The notes beneath the pieces were generated by a model. The model had not been told where the DNA came from. It worked only from the letters and a program-made list of their open reading frames with translations, and searched no databases. DNA of 64,000 bases from Bacteroidales bacterium. GTDB taxonomy: Bacteria; Bacteroidota; Bacteroidia; Bacteroidales; UBA4417. The DNA lies in contig JBBQGD010000001.1 in assembly GCA_038322655.1 (NCBI GenBank), positions 7,871 through 71,870 on the forward strand. The letters are read 5' to 3'. Shown here one piece after another: positions 19,439 through 27,102 of this stretch. Each line of letters starts with the position of its first letter. Within the stretch, counting starts at the first letter, position 1. Both the position numbers and the translations under genes were made by a program.

Positions 19439-20599
19439 ATGACAGAAAAACGTAAGTATCAGAGATTTCTTATTCTTTGCCTTTTATGCTTTTTTGTGAA
19501 TTTTGTAAGTGCTCAAAAGGTGAATACTATAGTTCTTGATGCCGGTCATGGTGGTCATGATACTGGTGCTCTGGGTAAAAATTCGCGTGAAAAGGATATT
19601 GCTTTAGCAATTGTCCTGAAGTTAAGTGATTATATCCACAAAAATATGAAGGATGTGAAGGTGATCCTGACCCGCAAGGATGATACCTTTGTTGAATTAT
19701 ATCGCAGAGCCCGCATCGCCAACGAAAATAATGCTGACTTGTTTATTTCTGTACATTGTAATTCGACAAAATCACCTTATGCATATGGTGTTGAAACGTT
19801 TGTGATGGGACTTCATAAAAGTGATGCCAACCTGGCGGTAGCAAAAGCTGAGAATGCTGCCATCTTGCTCGAAGATAATTATGTTGAGAAATATGATGGT
19901 TTTGACCCCAATTCGCCTGAAGGCAATATATTTTTCAGTATGATGCAAAATGCATTTCTTGACAAAAGCCTTGATTTTGCAGGAAGTGTGCAGCACCAAC
20001 TCGTTGATGTCCTTCGTATGCCAAACCGGGGAGTTAAACAGGCCGGATTTTTGGTTTTATACAAAACGGCTATGCCAGGAGTATTGATTGAAACCGGTTT
20101 TTTGAGCAACCCGAAAGAAGAAAAAAATCTTTTATCTGATAATGGTCAGGATGAGATAGCACAAGCCATTTTCAACGCATTATTTAATTATAAAAATCAG
20201 ATAGAAAAGAACTCAATCGTACGCGAAAATGTCGACACTTTAGCCGCGGGTAAATCAATAACTGATAATTCTAAAAATACTGTAAACTCAAGATTGGGTA
20301 ATGCACCAACAAAACCGGATAGTCCGGAGGTTGTTTCATTTCGTGTGCAATTTGCTCTGTATTCAAAAGCCAAGCCTGTTGATTCAAAATTATTCAGTGG
20401 CATTGATGATCTAAAAATGTATTATCATGGAGGATCTTATAAGTATACTTCCGGTGATTTTAATACCATGGAGGACGCTTTACAAAGGCGTAAAGAAATG
20501 ATCACGAAAGGATACAAAGATGCTTTTGTTGTTGCATTTAAGGGTGATGAACGCATTACAAATGACGAAGCAAGGCGACTAACTGAAAAAAAGTATTAA
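19439..20599 (+). CDS. N-acetylmuramoyl-L-alanine amidase (Amidase_3) with C-terminal SPOR domain
   Basis: IVLDAGHGGHDTGA, ADLFISVHCNS and GVLIETGFLSNPKEE are Amidase_3 signatures. The C-terminal FRVQFALYS...GDFNTMEDALQRRKEMITKGYKDAFVVAF is SPOR-like. The ORF-track start at 19436 is GTG immediately followed by ATG at 19439. Confidence 0.85.
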   Translation: MTEKRKYQRFLILCLLCFFVNFVSAQKVNTIVLDAGHGGHDTGALGKNSREKDIALAIVLKLSDYIHKNMKDVKVILTRKDDTFVELYRRARIANENNADLFISVHCNSTKSPYAYGVETFVMGLHKSDANLAVAKAENAAILLEDNYVEKYDGFDPNSPEGNIFFSMMQNAFLDKSLDFAGSVQHQLVDVLRMPNRGVKQAGFLVLYKTAMPGVLIETGFLSNPKEEKNLLSDNGQDEIAQAIFNALFNYKNQIEKNSIVRENVDTLAAGKSITDNSKNTVNSRLGNAPTKPDSPEVVSFRVQFALYSKAKPVDSKLFSGIDDLKMYYHGGSYKYTSGDFNTMEDALQRRKEMITKGYKDAFVVAFKGDERITNDEARRLTEKKY

Positions 20600-20624
20600 A
20601 TTTGTCAAAATTTCAGTAAAAACA

Positions 20625-21635
20625 ATGAAAATAAGTCGTGAGCTTAAGATAGGGGCCTTTGGTATTGTTACATTAACACTTTTCATTATTAGTGTTAACT
20701 TTATAAAGGGCAAAGATATCTTTCACAGAAACCGTACTTTTTATGCAGTGTATGAAACAACGTCAGGCATTCAGGATGCTGCGCCGGTTTCAGTAAGCGG
20801 ACTTGAAGTAGGGAAAGTGACTGATATGAGGTTTCTGTCAAAAAATTCAAATAAAATATTGCTCGAACTTACTGTTTATAAAGATGTAGCTATTCCGTCA
20901 AATTCAGTTGCGCGCATTTTCAGCCTTGATTTGCTAGGAACTAAAAACGTCGAAATTGTATTTGGCAATTCAAAAACTGAAGCCCAGAACGGTGATACAT
21001 TGATCGGTGGATCGCAAATGTCGCTTACAGAGGAAGTTAACAAACAAGTTGCTCCTATTAAACTGAAAGCTGAAAACCTGCTTTCTTCACTTGATACAAT
21101 GGTTACCGTACTTCAGGCAGTTTTTAATTCGGAAACACGCAAAAATCTTATTGCATCCTTTTCAAGTATCCGGACAACGTTAAAGAATCTCGAAAATACA
21201 TCATACAGCGTGGATACATTGGTTTATGGCCAGCGAAAAAGGCTGGAACGTATCATGTTTAATGTTGAATCAATAACTGAAACATTTCGTAAGAATGATG
21301 AAAATATTTCAAATATACTTTCAAACTTTTCAGCGATAAGCGATACTCTGGCAAAATCCAACCTGGCAGCCACACTTGCTAATGTGAACAGTGTGCTTTC
21401 CAGGGTTGAATCGATTACGACCAAGATCGACAAAGGTGAAGGATCTATCGGTTTGCTTGTGAACGATCAGAAATTGTATAATAATTTGAATAATTCTGCT
21501 GCTCAGCTTAATGCACTTATTGAGGATATGAAGTCAAATCCATATCGTTATGTTAATTTTTCTGTATTCCCGCCATCCAGGAAAAGGATGATCTATGAAG
21601 CGCCAGCTCCGGCTCCGGAGAAAGAAAATAAATGA
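20625..21635 (+). CDS. MlaD/MCE-family protein
   Basis: 336 aa. An N-terminal TM (LKIGAFGIVTLTLFIISVNF) is followed by an MCE core (V.VSGLEVGKVTDM) and a helical C-terminus. It starts 25 nt after the amidase stop, so it is probably co-transcribed. Confidence 0.8.
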   Translation: MKISRELKIGAFGIVTLTLFIISVNFIKGKDIFHRNRTFYAVYETTSGIQDAAPVSVSGLEVGKVTDMRFLSKNSNKILLELTVYKDVAIPSNSVARIFSLDLLGTKNVEIVFGNSKTEAQNGDTLIGGSQMSLTEEVNKQVAPIKLKAENLLSSLDTMVTVLQAVFNSETRKNLIASFSSIRTTLKNLENTSYSVDTLVYGQRKRLERIMFNVESITETFRKNDENISNILSNFSAISDTLAKSNLAATLANVNSVLSRVESITTKIDKGEGSIGLLVNDQKLYNNLNNSAAQLNALIEDMKSNPYRYVNFSVFPPSRKRMIYEAPAPAPEKENK

Positions 21636-21845
21636 AAAACATGCGAGTGACAAACAGACTGGAAATCTGTATAGCAAACGGTTCTGGATTGAATTATAAA
21701 AAATTGAACTAAACTAATCAATCCGCGGAGGGCTGATATCAAACTACTAAACTTCTGGAAACAATTCCCATTCTTTAAACTTTATGCTAAACACCGCAAA
21801 GGTTTTTGAACCATTCAAACAAAACACCTTTGTTCAAATTTTTAT

Positions 21846-23459
21846 TTATTTGACACGTTGCTCCTTTAGATCTAATAAATCTTTTGCCGCATCTTTCTCC
21901 GGCTCATTACCTGGCTCCTTAGCCGGTTCTATTTTATTTTCATTCACAAACCGTAAAACATCAAGCCTGTTGAGCGGCCTTGAATTTGATCGCCAGTTGA
22001 AACCCTTGAGAATACGTTGGTCAGAAGGTACATCCTTGTCAGGAAACATATTGCCACTGGGCTTATCATAATAAACAATTTGTTCAATTTTATTGCCTTT
22101 AATATATAACCTCATCCGGCTACCGGAAGCTTTGTTCACTCCAATAAGTGCTTTATCTTCTTCACGCACATAATACACTGTTTCGGCATTACCGTTTACA
22201 TCAATACTTGATAATTCGTTGTTCACAAAATGTCCTATCATATTTTTACCCCTGATCTGGTTAAAAGTAGTGGTTGAATCCATTGAAACGATAAACGCAG
22301 TGGTGTTCATATATATCTCTCTGACACGGTTTTTGCCGGTTAGGATCTTAATGGTGTCAGCAGTAAGTTGATTTTCACCTGACCACAATACAGGAATGTG
22401 GTACATGCTGATAAGAGAATCGGCAAAATTGTAGTGTAGTGAATCGCATGCCCCTTGTATATCCTTACGGTAGAATCGGGTGTTGTGGTATGCAAATAAT
22501 GCCTTAGTCTCGTTGTTAGTAGTATCAAAAGTTGCTTTCAGAGTATCGGCATGAAGGTAAAGCGTATCTTTTTTGTCACCCATCATAGCAATAGCTTCGT
22601 TGGTGAAAAGTGTATAACCTTTGGTTCGCCAGTACTCGGCAAAGTTCCCTTTAATAATAACGTCCTGGACAGTATCAGTCATTTTTACATGGTTAACTGC
22701 TTTCCCATAATGGAGTTTCTCATTATAATACAAGCTGTCGCCAGTTAAGCGACGGTTATCATCAACCAACAAAGCATTGCTGCTGAACCTCGATTTGCTG
22801 GTCTCACGGTTGTATTCGCCATCTTCACAATACAAATAATTATCCTTGCCTTTAAGTATTGTTGGCCCAAGGAAATAGGAAATTCTGGAAACGGTATTGT
22901 ATTTCAGCGTGTCACAATTGATTTTGTATTCAGGGTTTTTCAAAACTACATCATCTCTGAAATACATCATCTTTTGGTTGGTATAGTAATAACACCTTTT
23001 ACTCGTAAGCACATTATCGCCATTCACCATTTTACCACCGGTAGTGTAGTTTGCAATACCCGTGTTACGGTCAAATATCATCAAATCAGTGGTGAGTGTG
23101 GTTTGCTTATCAACGAGTTTTACATCATCGCGGACGGTGGCTATTTTGGTATTGCCATCGTAATGGAGAAATTTTCCATATAAGTTTAATGTATCGCTCG
23201 ATTTAATCCGAACATGACCATAGCAGTCCATAGTGTTGGTTGATTCATATAACCAGGCACTGTCGCAATATAAGTAGGCGCCTTCATGTTCGAACACAGG
23301 ATTGTTGAGTGCCCGTGTCATATCGCCTAACTGGCTCGAATGCCTGAGTTCACCGGCGGTCATTTGAATGCGCATTCGCTGGGCCCGGGCGGATTGATAT
23401 CCAAATGCCAGTACAGATAGTGTAATGAGAAATACGATAAAGGCGTTTTTTTTTGGCAT
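21846..23459 (-). CDS. OstA-like (LptA-related) periplasmic/envelope protein
   Basis: Repeated OstA-type beta-jellyroll segments (YLYCDSAWLYE..., LHADTLKATFD..., QLTADTIKIL...). I prefer the start at MPKKNAFIVFLITLSVLAFGYQSARAQ (signal peptide) because a TAnnTTTG box at 23479-23486 lies inside the ORF-track extension to 23540. Confidence 0.65.
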   Translation of the reverse strand: MPKKNAFIVFLITLSVLAFGYQSARAQRMRIQMTAGELRHSSQLGDMTRALNNPVFEHEGAYLYCDSAWLYESTNTMDCYGHVRIKSSDTLNLYGKFLHYDGNTKIATVRDDVKLVDKQTTLTTDLMIFDRNTGIANYTTGGKMVNGDNVLTSKRCYYYTNQKMMYFRDDVVLKNPEYKINCDTLKYNTVSRISYFLGPTILKGKDNYLYCEDGEYNRETSKSRFSSNALLVDDNRRLTGDSLYYNEKLHYGKAVNHVKMTDTVQDVIIKGNFAEYWRTKGYTLFTNEAIAMMGDKKDTLYLHADTLKATFDTTNNETKALFAYHNTRFYRKDIQGACDSLHYNFADSLISMYHIPVLWSGENQLTADTIKILTGKNRVREIYMNTTAFIVSMDSTTTFNQIRGKNMIGHFVNNELSSIDVNGNAETVYYVREEDKALIGVNKASGSRMRLYIKGNKIEQIVYYDKPSGNMFPDKDVPSDQRILKGFNWRSNSRPLNRLDVLRFVNENKIEPAKEPGNEPEKDAAKDLLDLKEQRVK

Positions 23460-23478
23460 AATGTGTAACAATCGGTGG

Positions 23479-23486
23479 CAAAGGTA
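23479..23486 (-). promoter_or_regulatory. Candidate -7 promoter box (TACCTTTG) for the OstA-like gene
   Basis: Plus-strand caaaggta is TAccTTTG on the minus strand, 19 nt upstream of the ATG at 23459. Confidence 0.4.
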
Positions 23487-23624
23487 AGTAATACAGGCAA
23501 ATAGTTGGACTGATCTAATTGATATTTCAGGTTTTACCATACTTTAACAATCAACTGGGTTTAAAGAATAATCATCAATTACAAATTTTTAAAATATATA
23601 TCTTGTATGAATAAAAGATATTTC

Positions 23625-23632
23625 TACATTTG
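23625..23632 (+). promoter_or_regulatory. Candidate -7 promoter box (TACATTTG) for gatE-gatD
   Basis: tacatttg matches TAnnTTTG. It overlaps the ORF-track TTG start (23630) and lies 24 nt upstream of the ATG at 23657. Confidence 0.45.
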
Positions 23633-23656
23633 GACCGGTTTAAACTTTTCTTTCCA

Positions 23657-25624
23657 ATGGCTCATACTATAGATCCAACTCTTAATTACGAAGAAACCAA
23701 ACACAAAACAGGGTATGTTCCACGCCTCGGATGCCCGCAGGAAACATACGACCGTATTGGCTTTATGTCGGGGCTGGAGGTCCACCAACAGCTCAAAACC
23801 GGGCAAAAACTATTCTGCCGATGCCCGACCGGCATATACCAGAAACCGGGTGATTTTGATGCTGAGGTGATCAGGCACATGAGGCCAACCCTAAGCGAAT
23901 TAGGCGAATACGATGGCACTGCACTTATGGAATTTAAAACCCGTAAGGAAATTATATATCGCTTAAAAAGTAAGACAACCTGTACTTACGAAATAGATGA
24001 TACACCTCCTTTCCCGCTCAACCGTGAAGCATTGGCAATTGCTATCGAGATTTCCCTGGTGTCGAAACTGAATATAGTTGGCGAAGTGCATATAACCCGC
24101 AAACAATACCTGGATGGCAGCATCCCAACTGGGTTTCAGCGAACGGCAATCATAGGCGTTGAAGGCGAAATCCCACTCAGGAATAAAAAAGTACGGCTTA
24201 TTCAGCTTAGCCTCGAAGAAGATTCATGCCGCGAAGTCAGCGATATAGGACATACACGTGTGTATCGGACCGACCGTCTCGGGATGCCGCTGATTGAAAC
24301 TGTCACCTATCCGGACATGACTAATCCCGACGAAGTGAAGGAAGCCTGTAACTACATTCGTTTCCTGGGCCGTAGTACAGGCAAAGTCCGCACCGGAATA
24401 GGAGCAGGCCGCCAGGATGTAAATGTAAGTTGCAAAGGCGGCACCCGTGTCGAGATAAAAGGTGTTGCTCACAGCCGCTGGATTCCTGAGCTCACGCATA
24501 ACGAATGTTTTCGCCAATGGGCATTGTTATCCATTCGTGAAATACTGAACAAGCGTTTCTCTGACTCTAAATCCTGGAAGCCGGCACATATTTTACTGGA
24601 TTTACATTCGTTTAATTCAAAAAATGGTTTTACAAAGGATGCAAAAGCCTACGGATTAAAACTTGTAGCAATAAACTTACCTGGTTTTAGTGGAATACTT
24701 TCCCATTTTACACAACCAGGCAAAGTATTCGCCAATGAACTCAGCGAACGGCTAAAAGTTATAGCATGTATTGAATTACCAAATATGTCTCACAGCGAAG
24801 AACCTGAACCCCTGTTCACAGAAACTGATTGGGATAAAATTCATGTTCTTCTTAATCCTGCAGAAAATGATGCGCAGCTGATTATCCGGGGACCTGAAGA
24901 AGATATAAAAACAGCAATTGAAACCATTGAGGAACGTTGCCGGATGGCATTTATCGGTGTGCCTCCCGAAACCCGTAAATCATTCGAAAATGGAACTACT
25001 ATTTTCGAACGCGTGCTTCCGGGAGCTGATCGCATGTATCCTGATACGGATTCTGCTCCCATTCCCCTTGAAAATGATTATATCGAATCATTGGGTAATA
25101 ATCTTCCTGAGGAAGTTGTTTCTCGCTACCAACGCCTGAAAAAATGGAATATTCCTGAAGATTGCTACACATATATTTTCAAGAAGAACCTTTTCCCACT
25201 GATAGAAAGAATCACTAACGAACTGGATATAAGTCCGGCATTTGTTGGAAAATTTTTCGGACACGCAGTAAAATGGGTGGAAGGCCAATTCAAACCGGCA
25301 GCTGAATTTGATTATAAGATCATTTATGCTTTGCTGCGTTTTATCAGGAAAAATAACCTTGATCTGAATATAGCGCGACGTATGCTACCGCAGGTGTACA
25401 AATATCCTAAAATGGAATTCGAATCGGTGCTTACCAGCATAGGATTTAAACCATACACTAAAGATCAGATTGTTTCGAAAGTTCCTTTCCTCAGGAATAA
25501 ATTTGCTGAAATACGGCTTTCCAAAGGTTCAGATGTTGAATATAATTGGATTATGGGTCAATTACGCCGGCAGGCTGAAGGGAATATGAGCATGGAGGAG
25601 TTGCGTGAGGCTCTCAGGGGCTAG
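23657..25624 (+). CDS. gatE: Glu-tRNA(Gln) amidotransferase subunit E, archaeal GatDE type
   Basis: Full-length resemblance to archaeal GatE as I recall it: GLEVHQQL...KLFCRCP, MRPTLSELGEYD, DGSIPTGFQRTAIIG, LSLEEDSCRE, RTDRLGMPLIETVT, GAGRQDVNVS..GGTRVEIKGV, then an inserted domain followed by GVPPETRKSFENGTTIFERVLPGADRMYPDTDSAPIPL and a helical tail. The start is taken at ATG 23657 (MAHTIDP). Confidence 0.85.
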   Translation: MAHTIDPTLNYEETKHKTGYVPRLGCPQETYDRIGFMSGLEVHQQLKTGQKLFCRCPTGIYQKPGDFDAEVIRHMRPTLSELGEYDGTALMEFKTRKEIIYRLKSKTTCTYEIDDTPPFPLNREALAIAIEISLVSKLNIVGEVHITRKQYLDGSIPTGFQRTAIIGVEGEIPLRNKKVRLIQLSLEEDSCREVSDIGHTRVYRTDRLGMPLIETVTYPDMTNPDEVKEACNYIRFLGRSTGKVRTGIGAGRQDVNVSCKGGTRVEIKGVAHSRWIPELTHNECFRQWALLSIREILNKRFSDSKSWKPAHILLDLHSFNSKNGFTKDAKAYGLKLVAINLPGFSGILSHFTQPGKVFANELSERLKVIACIELPNMSHSEEPEPLFTETDWDKIHVLLNPAENDAQLIIRGPEEDIKTAIETIEERCRMAFIGVPPETRKSFENGTTIFERVLPGADRMYPDTDSAPIPLENDYIESLGNNLPEEVVSRYQRLKKWNIPEDCYTYIFKKNLFPLIERITNELDISPAFVGKFFGHAVKWVEGQFKPAAEFDYKIIYALLRFIRKNNLDLNIARRMLPQVYKYPKMEFESVLTSIGFKPYTKDQIVSKVPFLRNKFAEIRLSKGSDVEYNWIMGQLRRQAEGNMSMEELREALRG

Positions 25625-25670
25625 GAATTGGAATTTGTGGATGAAATATTACTTAAAATTAGAATTAGAA

Positions 25671-27056
25671 ATGACTGACGATATTTTTCAGGGATACAAA
25701 GGTGCAGCACTCGAAGTACTTAAAAAATACAATGTGCGGGTATGGGGCCAGGCAATTATTAAAACCAGCAGGGGAGAGTTTACCGGAACAGTGCTTCCCC
25801 GATCCGAAAACGATGATGACAAGCATATTGTCATGAAGATTCCTACTGGTTATAACATTGGTCTCGATGTAGCCACAATTACCGGTATGAAAGAGACCGG
25901 GTATAAAAAAGCTAATTACAAAATTCCTGAAAAAGAATTCCCATACACAGAAGGATTACCCAAAGTGAAACTGATAGGTACAGGCGGTACCATCGCTTCA
26001 CGACTCGATTACCGGACAGGAGCAGTTATTCCGGCATTTTCACCAGGTGAGTTATACGGTGCTGTCCCGGAACTAGCCTCCATTTGTAATCTCACTACTG
26101 AAAAAGTTTTTGCTGTATTCAGCGAAAATATGTCACCTGATCATTATAAAAAACTAGCCGTTGCTATCGGTAAGGAAATAGAAGCCGGAGTTGATGGAAT
26201 TGTTATAGGTCATGGTACTGATACACTGCATCACACTGCTGCTGCGCTCACTTTTATGGTACAAAATTCTCCGGTGCCAATCGTGCTGGTGGGTTCACAG
26301 CGTTCAAGCGACCGTCCAAGTTCGGATGCAGCTCTCAATCTGATGCATGCCTGCACGGCTGCCGGCCATGGGGATATTGCGGAGGTTATGATATGTATGT
26401 TCGGACCAACCAGCGACGAATATGGTTTCCTTCACAGAGGCACCCGTGTACGTAAGATGCATTCGTCGTATCGGTCCACTTTCAGGACTATCGGCGATAC
26501 ACCTCTGGCAACAATTACCCGCAAAGGGCTCAAACCTATAAAGGAAGAATACAACCACCGGCGAAAGGACCGAAAAGTTACCATTTTACCATTTTTTGAG
26601 GAAAAAGTATCAATTGTATATTATTACCCTAATATGCAACCTGATATTATTGATTCGTTGGTTGAACACGGATACCGGGGCATTATAATTGCAGGTACAG
26701 GACTCGGACATGTAAATAAACCACTTTATCCTGCCATCGAAAGGGCAGCCAAAGCAGGCGTTGCCGTTTATATGACTGTACAAACATTATGGGGTTATGT
26801 ACACATGTTTGTGTATGATACAGGCCGCGACCTGATGGCAAAAGGAGTTGTGCCGGCTGAAAATATGTTACCGGAGGTTGCTTATATTAAATTAGGGTGG
26901 GCTCTAGGCCAAACCAGCGACCTGGAAGAAGTAAAAAGGCTGATGCTTACACCGGTTAATGATGAAACAACTCCCCGTGAACCGTATAATGGCTACCTCA
27001 TATACCAGGGAGGAGTGCCTGAAGTAGAAGAATTTATAAAGAAAGTTCACAAATAG
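25671..27056 (+). CDS. gatD: Glu-tRNA(Gln) amidotransferase subunit D, archaeal GatDE type (asparaginase-like)
   Basis: The N-terminal small domain (VRVWGQAIIKTSRGEFTGTVLPR...IVMKIPTGYNIGLDV) is followed by a type-I asparaginase core with both Thr motifs (IGTGGTIASRLDY and IGHGTDTLHHTAAAL) and RVRKMHSS. The start is taken at MTDDIF (25671). ATG 25641 is an alternative. The ORF-track start 25605 overlaps gatE. Confidence 0.85.
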   Translation: MTDDIFQGYKGAALEVLKKYNVRVWGQAIIKTSRGEFTGTVLPRSENDDDKHIVMKIPTGYNIGLDVATITGMKETGYKKANYKIPEKEFPYTEGLPKVKLIGTGGTIASRLDYRTGAVIPAFSPGELYGAVPELASICNLTTEKVFAVFSENMSPDHYKKLAVAIGKEIEAGVDGIVIGHGTDTLHHTAAALTFMVQNSPVPIVLVGSQRSSDRPSSDAALNLMHACTAAGHGDIAEVMICMFGPTSDEYGFLHRGTRVRKMHSSYRSTFRTIGDTPLATITRKGLKPIKEEYNHRRKDRKVTILPFFEEKVSIVYYYPNMQPDIIDSLVEHGYRGIIIAGTGLGHVNKPLYPAIERAAKAGVAVYMTVQTLWGYVHMFVYDTGRDLMAKGVVPAENMLPEVAYIKLGWALGQTSDLEEVKRLMLTPVNDETTPREPYNGYLIYQGGVPEVEEFIKKVHK

Positions 27057-27102
27057 ATAAGCCGGTATATATAGAATTGTTTAAAACAGATCACAACAAG
27101 TC

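Noticed and set aside
21784-22071. 95-aa plus-strand ORF overlapping the 3' end of the OstA-like gene, and the hairpin at 21797-21832
   Set aside because: The ORF is low-complexity (S/L/F-rich) and mostly antisense to a supported gene. The hairpin (7-bp outer and 6-bp inner A/T-rich stems) is too weak for a confident terminator call.
25605-25670. ORF-track N-terminal extension of gatD overlapping the gatE stop
   Set aside because: The extension (MRLSGARNWNLWMKYYLKLELE) has no GatD counterpart and overlaps gatE. The internal ATG at 25671 (or 25641) gives a conventional N-terminus.
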